Source: Actinomycetota bacterium (GTDB lineage Bacteria; Actinomycetota; Geothermincolia; Geothermincolales; RBG-13-55-18). Taken from it: DNA of 64,000 bases. The stretch covers positions 154,553-218,552 of the forward strand of contig JASEFK010000006.1 of the NCBI GenBank assembly GCA_030019255.1, given 5' to 3'. The notes beneath the pieces are model-generated. The model did no database searches, was not told where the DNA came from, and was given only the letters and a program-made list of their open reading frames with translations. Each line of letters opens with the position of its first letter. Within the stretch, counting starts at the first letter, position 1. Below, piece after piece: positions 55,547 to 64,000 of the stretch. The translations under genes and the position numbers were made by a program.

Positions 55547-55690
55547 TCTTTCCATGCACGGGGTATGATGGATAAAGGAATGCGTGAAGTCCGGCGACAA
55601 GCCCGGCCAGTTAAAGCATGCAAGCGCATCCGCGGACCGGATGATGGATGGATAAATACGCGAGGTCCGGCGACGAACAAGGGAGGTAAA

Positions 55691-56284
55691 ATGAAATATC
55701 GCCTGTTAATCTTCATCCCGGCCTCGGTATTCCTTCTTTCCATCGGCCTCCTCGTCGGATGCTCCAGAACGGAGGTGGAAGGGACCCGGGGACAGGATTC
55801 CGGGAGCCTGCAGACCGACCCACGCTACCAGGATGGTTACGGCGCTGGCTTCCGGGAAGGCTACAAACGCGGATACGCGGACGGCGGCCTGGGAGCCCAC
55901 GACCCCCAACCTGAAACGGACCCCGGATGGGACCCTTACTACGCTTCCGGTTACCGGGATGGTTTCCTCGAGGGCTACGAAAAGGGCTACGCGCGAGCCC
56001 GGGGCGAAGCCGCCGAAAGGGAGGAAGAAGGCGAGGAAAGCGGAGACGAGATGGCGGAGGTGGAGGCGGCGATGCTCGCCTTCGCCAAGTTCTGCTCCTC
56101 CTCAGGCCTGGAATTCCGCATCCAGGACATCGTCATCCATGGGGACGAGGCGGCCGGGATAGCCGTGTGCACCAACGAGATATTGGAGCACGCCCTGGTG
56201 ATCGTGAGGAAAGGGCCTTCGGGCTGGTACGGCGTGGATTTCGGGACCGGTATCGAGCCTCCGCCCTGGTACCCCTACTACTGA
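55691..56284 (+). CDS. lipoprotein with a duplicated GY-rich motif (hypothetical)
   Basis: AAGGGAGG RBS before ATG 55691. Signal peptide plus lipobox MKYRLLIFIPASVFLLSIGLLVGCS. Duplicated motif QDGYGAGFREGYKRGYADG / ASGYRDGFLEGYEKGYARA. Confidence 0.6.
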   Translation: MKYRLLIFIPASVFLLSIGLLVGCSRTEVEGTRGQDSGSLQTDPRYQDGYGAGFREGYKRGYADGGLGAHDPQPETDPGWDPYYASGYRDGFLEGYEKGYARARGEAAEREEEGEESGDEMAEVEAAMLAFAKFCSSSGLEFRIQDIVIHGDEAAGIAVCTNEILEHALVIVRKGPSGWYGVDFGTGIEPPPWYPYY

Positions 56285-56360
56285 CGGGAATTAAGTATTT
56301 TTCCGCGTTCCGCCGGAAAACCCGGTCCATGCGGGAATGTGAACAGGAACCTCACCGGGC

Positions 56361-58745
56361 TCAGCGGCCGGTATAGGCCTCGGCGAAGTACCACGCGGGC
56401 CTACCGCCGTTCACTCCCGGGGAGACGTGACCCCCGCGAATGGCCTCCCTCCCATCCCCTCCCCTTCCCATGTCGAAGTACATGGCCCTCTCCGCCACCA
56501 CCGGCCGGTCCGAGGAGATGATGACGGCCACCTGCGCGGGGGTGCCCAGGGAGGAGAGCTCGGCGTTGACGTTCAGGCTCAGCCTCTGTTCCCCCTTCAG
56601 TCGGTAGACAGCTTCCCGGGTCCCTTCACCGGGGCCCAGGAGGTAGGTGACCTTCAGCAGAGTCTCGTCCTTTCCGGGATTCATGACCAGAAGGTATTCC
56701 TGGATTCCGGGATAGGCGGAACCCTCGGCGAAATACCAGGTATTGGAAGGTGTCGGCGTGCCGGGAGCCACGTGCCCGTCGTCCCACAAACCGTTAAACA
56801 CGAAGTACATGGCCCGCTCGCAGGCTATGGGCCTGTCCGCCCGGATAACCGCGGAGACGTCCGAGGCAACGGTACCCTCCAGGCATCGGTTGACCATCAG
56901 GGTGGCACGCCCACGGGCGGGAATCTCCACGCGCCACGGCCCTATCTTGCCCCCCGGGGTGACAAGGTGGACGTCGGCCAGGGCCCGCTCCTCCCCCGGG
57001 TTGGCCAGGCACAGCCACTCCTCGAAATCCTGGCTCACGTGGCCTTCCGCGAAATACCAGGTGTCGGAGAGCGAGGTCAGCCCGGCTTTCGTGTGTCCTC
57101 CGTCGGCGACGAAGGACCCCTTCACGGCCCGGTATTGGAAATACATGGAACGCTCGGCCACCACCGGCGTGTCGGCCTCCAGGACCGCGGAAACCTCGCC
57201 CTGAAGATAGCTGTTGACCAGGAAGGTGCGGCGCGAGCAGGCGGGAAGGATATATTCATGGGAAAGGATGCTGCCATGATTTCCCATCAAGGTGAGCTTC
57301 AACCTCGCCTCCCGGGAATTGAAGTTTGCCACGCAGAGATATTCGTGGAAGGGCAGGCCGTCGGATGTGTAACCCTCGGCGAAATACCAGGTATCGTCGG
57401 GCTCCGGGGTCCCGAAGGAATCCGAGCCCCCGTCCATCCATCCGGCGTAACGGAAATACATGGGTCGCTCGGCGAGCAGGGGTGTCCCGTCCACCGATTC
57501 CACCCGCACGGCGAGGTTCTTGTTCCTGAGGTAACGGTTGGCGTTGCAGTCCAGGGTTATCCGGGAGAGACCGGGAACCTCCCGGTACACGGTGAGGTAT
57601 TCGCTCTTCTCGTCCAGGAAGGTGATCCTGGCCCAGGTGCCTGCGGGCTCCGGGTTGGCGATGCAGAGGAAGGGAAAGAAGCCATAGGAGGTATCCTCGG
57701 CCATGAAGATGTCCCGGCTGTCATGGGGGAAACAGGGCTCCCCCAGGTCGGTATTGTCCCCGTCGCCGTTCCTGTCCCCCGGCACCCGGCCGAATATCCA
57801 GGAGGGAGTGGCCTGGGGATTGCCGGCCCAGGCCGCCTGCCCCCATACCTGCGTGTTGCTGGAACCCGGCATGCGGTTCTTGCGGTATACGCAACCTGCA
57901 GAACCGAGGTAATAATGGGGCCCGGTGAGCAGCCGGTACCCGCTCCCGGCCGCGTAGTCCGCGGAGAGGTCGGGGACGGTCACCTGCCCCACCGGTCGAG
58001 AGTGTTCCCGGAAGATGCTCTTCAGGTAGGAGGGAGTGAAGTTGTAGCTGGCGGAAGCGGTGTAGGAGACTATTCCGGTCCGGGGTTGAAGGAAGGTATA
58101 GGAATACTCGTTTATCCTCCTGGCAACCTCCGCGTCAGGGAGCAGGGGAGCCCCGTTCTGCATGTCCGCGACCTCCAGCCCCGCCGCATAACAGGTGTGC
58201 CGGAGGATGACCATGGCCCGGGGAGCCAGGTTGATGTCCTTTTGCCAGTGGGAGCGGAGGTCCCCGAACTCCACGGTCTCGTAATATCCCTCCTCGGTAT
58301 CCGTCCTACCCACCCAGGCGGGGTCCTGGGGGAGACAGAAGGCCCAACGGGAGGCATCCCCGTGCCCGTAGTAGATGAGCAGCTGGTAAAGGTTGTCCTC
58401 CAGGTGGCGGTGCAGCCGGTAATGAGGACAGGAGGACACGGTGCCGTCAGGGTTATAGGTATCCAGCAGGGAGACCTGGAAGCCGAACTCCTCCAGGGTG
58501 TCCACCGTCTCCTGAAGTTCGCTTTCCGCGGCCTGGCGCAGCGGGTCCCCGGCCGAGAAGGCCATGACCAGTAGGGCCTGGAGAGATTCCTCCGCCCGGG
58601 GGGAAGGCGAAAACGGGGGCAAGGCGAGGAAGAAGGCCAGCCAGAGGACCACGGCCAATACCCGGCCCGCCGACTTTACTTTCAAGCTTCCGCCACTCCT
58701 CAACTCCTCACCCTTCCCCTCTTCACCCACCGGAATCGCGGACAA
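56361..58745 (-). CDS. secreted/membrane-anchored multidomain protein: N-terminal clan-CD-like cysteine-peptidase domain plus 4-5 tandem ~100-aa repeats
   Basis: N-terminal hydrophobic anchor VLAVVLWLAFFLALPP. His and Cys each preceded by a hydrophobic block (LLIYYGHGD; AMVILRHTCYAAG), which is the clan-CD (C11/C25-like) arrangement. Repeats are bounded by (D/N)TWYFAEG...L(C/L)xANP...(A)ER(A/S)MYF, four full copies, and the protein ends just after a fifth PAWYFAEAYTGR. Confidence 0.6.
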   Translation of the reverse strand: MSAIPVGEEGKGEELRSGGSLKVKSAGRVLAVVLWLAFFLALPPFSPSPRAEESLQALLVMAFSAGDPLRQAAESELQETVDTLEEFGFQVSLLDTYNPDGTVSSCPHYRLHRHLEDNLYQLLIYYGHGDASRWAFCLPQDPAWVGRTDTEEGYYETVEFGDLRSHWQKDINLAPRAMVILRHTCYAAGLEVADMQNGAPLLPDAEVARRINEYSYTFLQPRTGIVSYTASASYNFTPSYLKSIFREHSRPVGQVTVPDLSADYAAGSGYRLLTGPHYYLGSAGCVYRKNRMPGSSNTQVWGQAAWAGNPQATPSWIFGRVPGDRNGDGDNTDLGEPCFPHDSRDIFMAEDTSYGFFPFLCIANPEPAGTWARITFLDEKSEYLTVYREVPGLSRITLDCNANRYLRNKNLAVRVESVDGTPLLAERPMYFRYAGWMDGGSDSFGTPEPDDTWYFAEGYTSDGLPFHEYLCVANFNSREARLKLTLMGNHGSILSHEYILPACSRRTFLVNSYLQGEVSAVLEADTPVVAERSMYFQYRAVKGSFVADGGHTKAGLTSLSDTWYFAEGHVSQDFEEWLCLANPGEERALADVHLVTPGGKIGPWRVEIPARGRATLMVNRCLEGTVASDVSAVIRADRPIACERAMYFVFNGLWDDGHVAPGTPTPSNTWYFAEGSAYPGIQEYLLVMNPGKDETLLKVTYLLGPGEGTREAVYRLKGEQRLSLNVNAELSSLGTPAQVAVIISSDRPVVAERAMYFDMGRGGDGREAIRGGHVSPGVNGGRPAWYFAEAYTGR

Positions 58746-59532
58746 TCCGCCAACGCACCCGAATCGCTTATCCCGGGCAGGGGTCCCCGGCTCGCTCGAC
58801 CTCGTCTTTCAATAAACCCTCTCTCGTCTACTACCACCCCTGGAAAGAACCCTGCCGCTACCTTCCCATCCCCATCCCGGTAACCAGTCCCGGCCCTTCC
58901 GTACTTTCCTATCCACGATCCTCATTCGTCCAACACCGGCCTTTAAAACATTTTCATCTTCGCCTTCCGGCATCCGACCCCCTGCCGGGCGTCCCCTCCC
59001 CACCGCGGAGGATGCCGTGCCTGATTCCATCCCCTCTCCCGCGAGCTGCATACGAAGCGGAGGCGATACCGCCTTTCCCCTGCTCCCGGACGATACCCGA
59101 TACAAGTGCGGCCTCTTCCTCTCTCCCGAAAAAGCTCCAGGGTGGATCCCAACCCCATGGTCGTGTTCCCATAACCCTATCCCCGATCCTTTATCCGGAG
59201 GTTGACCGTTTTCAACCCCTCCGGCCATAACACCATCCTTTCTGTAAATCCTTCTCTACCTTACCGACCTCCTCCTTGCCCCTCCATCCAGACACTTTCC
59301 GTGATCAGCGCCACGCCTTCCTTGATCGCTCCCCCGCCTCCAGGGCCCCTCCCCGCCAGGTCGAGGAGTGGTGTTGCCCGCTCCTGGCCTCTACTGGCCC
59401 ATCCCTGCCTCTCCCATGTGACGAACATGTTACCGCCAAATGTATATCCTGTTACGATTCCACCGCAGGCATAAACATACAAGACAAGAACAACGATATT
59501 ATTCATGAGCCTAGCGGTTGAAGGAGTGAGGG

Positions 59533-59754
59533 ATGCAAAACAGGGAAACGAAGGGATTCTTCTTCAACAAGGTGCTGAAGCGTCCGGTGATCCTGCGCAC
59601 GTTGCTGCGGGGGCTCAGCCACCACCGGGAGGAGAAGGGCGAAGGAGACGAAGAAAGGGCCGACCTTCCCTCTCCTCCCGGTTTGCCTTTCCAGCGGCTA
59701 AAGGGAGATCCTTCGCGGGGCGACCAGACCCTGAAGAAGATATGTGGCCTCTGA
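59533..59754 (+). CDS. small basic hypothetical protein (73 aa)
   Basis: Good AAGGAG RBS 7 nt upstream of the ATG, after about 0.8 kb of non-coding DNA. No recognisable domain. It could be spurious. Confidence 0.25.
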   Translation: MQNRETKGFFFNKVLKRPVILRTLLRGLSHHREEKGEGDEERADLPSPPGLPFQRLKGDPSRGDQTLKKICGL

Positions 59755-59821
59755 GCCTCCGGGGCACCGGCCCGGTGGTGAAGGATTCGCTTCCACCCTG
59801 CTTGCCCTCCCCTTTTCCGCC

Positions 59822-60991
59822 CTAAAGCGAAGGGGTGGTGGTATACAGGCAGAGGATGCCCTCTTGGTGGTTGACCTCCGCCCGGGTGGGTTCGCCCCCC
59901 AGCACGCGCAGCAGCAACTCGCGGAGTTCCCGGGCTACCTCTCGCAGGGACCTCCCCTCCAGGACCGTGCCGGCGTTGACGTCCATGTCGTCACGCATGG
60001 CCTCGTAGAGACGGGTGTTGCTGGCCACCTTGATGACCGGGACGGCGGGAAATCCGATGGGGTTGCCCCGGCCGGTGGTGAAGATGATGACCTGGCATCC
60101 CGCCGCCGCCAACCCGGTCATGGATTCCACGTCATACCCCGGGCCGTCCATGATCACTAGCCCCCGCCTGCCGGGAGGGCAGGCGTAGTCCACCACCTCC
60201 GTGACGGGGGAATCGCCTCCCTTGAGGATGCAACCCAGGGATTTCTCCCGGATGGAGCTCATGCCGCCGTCCATGTTCCCGGGAGCTATGGCCAGGTTGG
60301 CGAAGGGGCCCAGTATCTCCCGCGTCCTCCGCTCCGCGGCCTCGATGCGTTCCCTCACCACCCTCCCGGTTTCGGGGTCCACGGCGCGACGCTCCAGGAT
60401 GTGGGCGGTCCCGATCATCTCCGTGGTCTCGGTTAGGACAACCGTTCCGCCCTTTTCCACCAGCCAGTCGGCCACCAGGCCCACGGAGGGGTTGGCGGTG
60501 ATGCCGGAGAAGGCGTCCGAACCCCCGCACTCTAGTCCCAGGACCACCTCGCTCAGGGGGATCTCCTCCCGCTCCACTCTGGCCGCCTCGTTCCATAAAG
60601 CCTGTGCCAGTTCCACCCCCCGCCGCGCTGCCTTGCGTGAACCTCCCACTTCCTGGATCTCCAGGTATTCCACCCTCTTGCCGGACGCCGCTATGTTTTC
60701 CGCCAGGTAGGGGGCGCGGAGGGCCTCGCAGCCCAGCCCCACCAGGAGCAGCCCGTAGATATTGGGGTTACGCCCCAGGTTGGTTAGGGTGCGGTAGTGC
60801 AGTCCCAGGTCCTCTCCTCCCCTGCCGCAACCGTGCCCGTGGAGCATGGCCACCGCGCCCGGCACCCGGGCCGCGATGGCGGAGGCCACGCCGTTGGCGC
60901 AGGCCACGGAGGGGAGGACGGCCACGTGATTTCTCACTCCCACCCTCCCGTCCGGGCGGCGATACCCGAGAAAGGTGTCTTTCCCGCTCAT
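59822..60991 (-). CDS. UxaA-family sugar-acid dehydratase, large (C-terminal) subunit (altronate/galactarate dehydratase-like)
   Basis: MSGKDTFLGYRRPDGRVGVRNHVAVLPSVACANG... and ...GLECGGSDAFSGITANP... are typical of the UxaA/GarD catalytic portion. Confidence 0.75.
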   Translation of the reverse strand: MSGKDTFLGYRRPDGRVGVRNHVAVLPSVACANGVASAIAARVPGAVAMLHGHGCGRGGEDLGLHYRTLTNLGRNPNIYGLLLVGLGCEALRAPYLAENIAASGKRVEYLEIQEVGGSRKAARRGVELAQALWNEAARVEREEIPLSEVVLGLECGGSDAFSGITANPSVGLVADWLVEKGGTVVLTETTEMIGTAHILERRAVDPETGRVVRERIEAAERRTREILGPFANLAIAPGNMDGGMSSIREKSLGCILKGGDSPVTEVVDYACPPGRRGLVIMDGPGYDVESMTGLAAAGCQVIIFTTGRGNPIGFPAVPVIKVASNTRLYEAMRDDMDVNAGTVLEGRSLREVARELRELLLRVLGGEPTRAEVNHQEGILCLYTTTPSL

Positions 60992-60996
60992 CTACC

Positions 60997-61260
60997 TCAC
61001 TCCTCCAGGACCAGGTTGTGGGTGTGCACCCACGATCCGCGGGCGATGTTCTCGGCGGCCCTCCCGATGATCTCCCCGTACTTGATGACCTCCGTCCCCT
61101 TGGGAATATCTACCAGGGCCACCTTGTGGCTGCAGGGGATGTCCTCAATCGCCTGCAGACTCTCGCCTCCGGCAAGTCTCACCGTGCCTCCCCTGGGGAC
61201 GTCCTTCAGGACTACCGCTACGTTGTCCCGGGGATTGATGACCAGGGCGTTGACTTCCAT
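60997..61260 (-). CDS. SAF-domain protein, small (N-terminal) subunit of the split UxaA-family dehydratase
   Basis: 87 aa from the ATG at 61260, with an AAGGAGG RBS 8 nt upstream. Sequence MEVNALVINPRDNVAVVLKDVPRGGTVRLAGGESLQAIEDIPCSHKVALVDIPKGTEVIKYGEIIGRA... is a SAF domain. The gene ends 6 nt upstream of the large-subunit start. Confidence 0.7.
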   Translation of the reverse strand: MEVNALVINPRDNVAVVLKDVPRGGTVRLAGGESLQAIEDIPCSHKVALVDIPKGTEVIKYGEIIGRAAENIARGSWVHTHNLVLEE

Positions 61261-61443
61261 CCTTCCCGCCTCCTTAATGACCTCCTCCTTCCCATCGAGC
61301 CCCCTTCTTCCGCTCCCCGTCGAACCACGCGTCGGGGCCACGCCGGTCCCCATCCCCTTGAGCAGGTTCAGCCCCCTCCGCCCGCTCCACCCCCGCTTCA
61401 CCCACGGACTCACGACGCTTGCCAGGCGCGCCCCCGATACGCC

Positions 61444-62532
61444 TCACTCCCAGCGGAAGAACCTTACCGCGGCCAGGAAGGCCGCTACCCCCACGCCCAC
61501 CAGGACCACCACGTCTACCCAGATATCGGCCAGGTGGGCGGCGTCTATCATCACCCCCCGCAGGCCGTCACCCAGGTAATAGAGGGGGAGGCACCGGGCG
61601 ATGACCCTCACCGGCACCGGGACCCACTCCAGGGAGAAGAAGATACCGGACAGGAACATCATGGGCAGGCCGATGGCCTGCGCGGCCAGTCCTGCGCTCC
61701 GCGAGTTGCGGGTCAGGGAAGCGATGAGGAATCCCACGGCCAGGAAGGAAAGGGAGCCGAGGAGAACCAGCAGGGCCATGCCCAGGTAATTGCCCTGCAG
61801 CTTCATCCCGAAGGCCAGCACGCCGAAGGCCACCAGCACCACTGCCTGGAGGATGGAGAAGAGCAGAACTGAAACGATGCCGCCGGCCAGGAAGGTGGAC
61901 AGCGGTAGGGGAGAGACCCTGATCCTCCTCAGTATCCCCTTCTCCCGGTAAGTTGCAATCTCCAGCGAGTAACCGGTGAGGCCGGAGAACATGATGACCA
62001 TGGCCAGGATGCCAGGGATCATGAAGTCGATGTACTCGAAGTCCTTGGTACCGCCGGCTTCCTCCTCCCTCACGGCGATAACCTCCGGGGCCCCGGTCAT
62101 CGCCTGCCCCACCTTCTCCAGTATTCCCCTGAGGGTGGAGGAGGTGACCTGGGCAGTGGTCATCTCCGAGCGGTTGACCAGCATCACCACCTCGCCGGTC
62201 CGGCCCGCGGACACCCGGTCGCCGAAGCCCTCGGGGATGATGAGGATGGCGTTTCTCTTCCCCTCCCGGAGGGCCTCGCGCTCCACCCCCTCCTCCCCCA
62301 CCTCCACCTTCAGGGCATCGATACCCTCGAAGGCCTCCACCACCGCGCGGCTGACGGGGGAGCCGTCAATATCCACCAGCCCCACGCTGAGCCTTATCTC
62401 CCCCGAGCCGCCGAAGACCAGCCCGAGTATGGCCATGAGTAGGATAGGGAAGAGCAGGAGCCAGAACACGGCCTCCCGCTGGCGCAGGGTCATCTTCAGG
62501 TCGTAGATGACGACTTTCAGGAAAGCCCTCAT
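61444..62532 (-). CDS. ABC-2-family transporter permease
   Basis: 362 aa from the ATG at 62532 (MRAFLKVVIYDLKMTLRQREAVFWLLLFPILL...). Six TM helices and an ABC-2 signature. It overlaps the ATPase stop by 4 nt. The listed ORF start 62940 reads through the ATPase gene in another frame. Confidence 0.75.
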   Translation of the reverse strand: MRAFLKVVIYDLKMTLRQREAVFWLLLFPILLMAILGLVFGGSGEIRLSVGLVDIDGSPVSRAVVEAFEGIDALKVEVGEEGVEREALREGKRNAILIIPEGFGDRVSAGRTGEVVMLVNRSEMTTAQVTSSTLRGILEKVGQAMTGAPEVIAVREEEAGGTKDFEYIDFMIPGILAMVIMFSGLTGYSLEIATYREKGILRRIRVSPLPLSTFLAGGIVSVLLFSILQAVVLVAFGVLAFGMKLQGNYLGMALLVLLGSLSFLAVGFLIASLTRNSRSAGLAAQAIGLPMMFLSGIFFSLEWVPVPVRVIARCLPLYYLGDGLRGVMIDAAHLADIWVDVVVLVGVGVAAFLAAVRFFRWE

Positions 62533-63450
62533 GAACGGATGGTCCTCCCCGTGAGCTTGAGAAAGACGTCCTCCAGGGAGGCCCGCCTCATGTTCACCTC
62601 GTGGGCCTCCACGCCCTCCTCTCGACAGAGGGCCATGATCTCCATGAGCGCCTCTTGGGGCCGAGTGGTGATCACCTTGTAGTTGCCTTCGTCCACGCTG
62701 GCCATCACCACCCCCGCCAGTCCCGCCAGCCTCTCCACCTCGAGAGGGGGAAGGAGACGAAAGCTGATGTTGCTCTCCGGCACGTGCTCTGATACCAGGT
62801 CGCGGGGAACCCCCTGGGCGATTATCCTGCCGTGGTCCATGATGGCCACCCGGTCGCAGAGCGCCTCGGCCTCCTCTATGTAGTGGGTGGTGATGACCAC
62901 CGTCTTTCCCCGCTCCCTGAGGTGTCCCACCATCTCCCATATGTGCCTCCTAGCCTGGGGATCCAGGCCGGTGGTAGGTTCGTCCAGGAATACCAGGCGG
63001 GGGTCGTTAACCAGGGCCAGGGCGATGGACAGGCGCTTGTGCTGCCCCCCCGGAGAGGGTGTTCACCCTCGACTTCGCCTTCTCCCGCAGCTCCGCCAGC
63101 TCCAGGAGCGCCCAGGGAGAAAGGGACCGGGTGTAAAAGGAAGCGAAGAGGTCCAGGGTTTCCCACACCGTGAGTTCCTCGAAAAATACCGTGGTTTGGA
63201 GCTGGACCCCGATCGACTCCCGTATCTTCCTCTGCTCCCGGCGGGCATCGAGTCCCAGAACGGAGATCTCCCCCGCGTCCGGGTCCCGCAGGGTCTCTAT
63301 CATCTCCAGGGTGGTGGTCTTACCGGCTCCGTTGGGCCCCAGTATCCCGAATACCTCTCCTTCCTCTATATCCAGGTCCACGCCGTCCACGGCGCGCACG
63401 TCCCCATAATATTTCTTCAAACCTCGCACGCTGACGGCTAGCATCCTCAA
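62529..63450 (-). pseudogene. ABC transporter ATP-binding protein interrupted by a +1 frameshift in a C7 homopolymer (63045-63051)
   Basis: N-terminal part (63007-63450): GPNGAGKTT Walker A ... ending LSGGAAQAPV out of frame. C-terminal part (62529-62933): ...VVITTHYIEEAEALCDRVAIMDHG.... Removing one C restores [33 protein letters not shown]. Confidence 0.6.
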
Positions 63451-64000
63451 CCTCCAGGAGCCGAAGACGATGTAAAACTTGGTGCGACCTCCTTCCGCCT
63501 ACCCGGACGATCCGTGGAACTCACGCCCATAATACCCTGCCTTGCCCTTCTGGGATCCAGGAAGGACCGTTTTTTTACCCCCATTACCGGTCCTCCTTAG
63601 AAGGAGGTCGCCTGGGGATCCCGGGCCGCCGATACGGTAATGCGCATCTATCATTAGTTTAAGGGATCCGCGTTCAGGGATGAGGAGAGCAAGATGCTAT
63701 TTCCTTATCCCCGAAGAATGCTTTCCGTTCCCCCAGGAGCTCGTGGGAGAAGGGAAAACCACGGCACCCTCGCCCGCACAGGCTGGACCACGCGGCGCCT
63801 CATCCCGGTCCAGGAGCTGAATCTTGCGGCATCCACTCTTCAGATGTCGGTGGGACGAGCTGGCGAACCAGGACCCGTGGGGGCAGGAGCCCATTTACCC
63901 TCCCGGTAGTAAAAAGGAAGGCCTTTGCGCAAGCTTCGCCCTTTCCGCTCGGAATCAGGCAAAACGCGATACAGCCCTTCCTCGCTAGCTCCTTCGTTCG

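Overview
This is a 64 kb, high-GC (roughly two-thirds G+C), gene-dense bacterial chromosomal segment. I saw no rRNA, tRNA, CRISPR array, transposase or integrase. Spurious Gly/Arg/Pro-rich ORFs are common in alternate frames because of the GC content, so I called genes only where the translation shows recognisable family signatures or a clean RBS and start context. The centrepiece, at about 6.8–28 kb, is an anaerobic catabolic island marked by AT-rich promoter islands. It holds a divergent split B12-dependent acyl-CoA mutase, with separate large and B12-binding subunits. A radical-SAM/PDZ protein is inserted between those two genes where a MeaB-type chaperone normally sits. Next come an MmgE/PrpD-family protein, an AMP-forming acyl-CoA ligase and a crotonase. 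After these lies a pyruvate-formate-lyase-family glycyl radical enzyme (GRE) with X-succinate-synthase-like accessories: two HiPIP-like 4-Cys mini subunits and two tandem ferredoxin-containing activases. Three paralogous zinc-ribbon mini-proteins are threaded through this GRE locus. A biotin module closes the island: BirA, BioY, and a two-subunit pyruvate-carboxylase-like enzyme (carboxyltransferase/biotin-carrier subunit plus biotin carboxylase). Taken together this looks like a fumarate-addition (alkyl-/aryl-succinate synthase type) hydrocarbon-activation pathway, with ligase, mutase, decarboxylation and beta-oxidation steps in an unusual gene architecture. A 16-nt motif GTTCAC(T/C)TTTACTAAA recurs upstream of three of these operons. 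The remainder of the window encodes a GMC oxidoreductase pair, a pentapeptide-repeat protein, a TolB-like lipoprotein, an EamA transporter and two tandem paralogous proteins of unknown function with internal CxxCG duplications. It also encodes an ArsM operon whose AbrB-fold regulator carries a Cys triad and a palindromic operator, a decayed geranylgeranyl-reductase pseudogene and ABC-2 transporters (one ATPase frameshifted in a C7 run). A beta-oxidation electron-transfer cluster follows (acyl-CoA dehydrogenase, FixX, FixC, a FAD-linked oxidase with an in-frame TAG, and an HdrD-like CCG protein). The last third holds an AddB/AddA-like helicase-nuclease pair, a secreted protein with a clan-CD-like peptidase head and 4–5 tandem ~100-aa repeats, and a split UxaA-family dehydratase.
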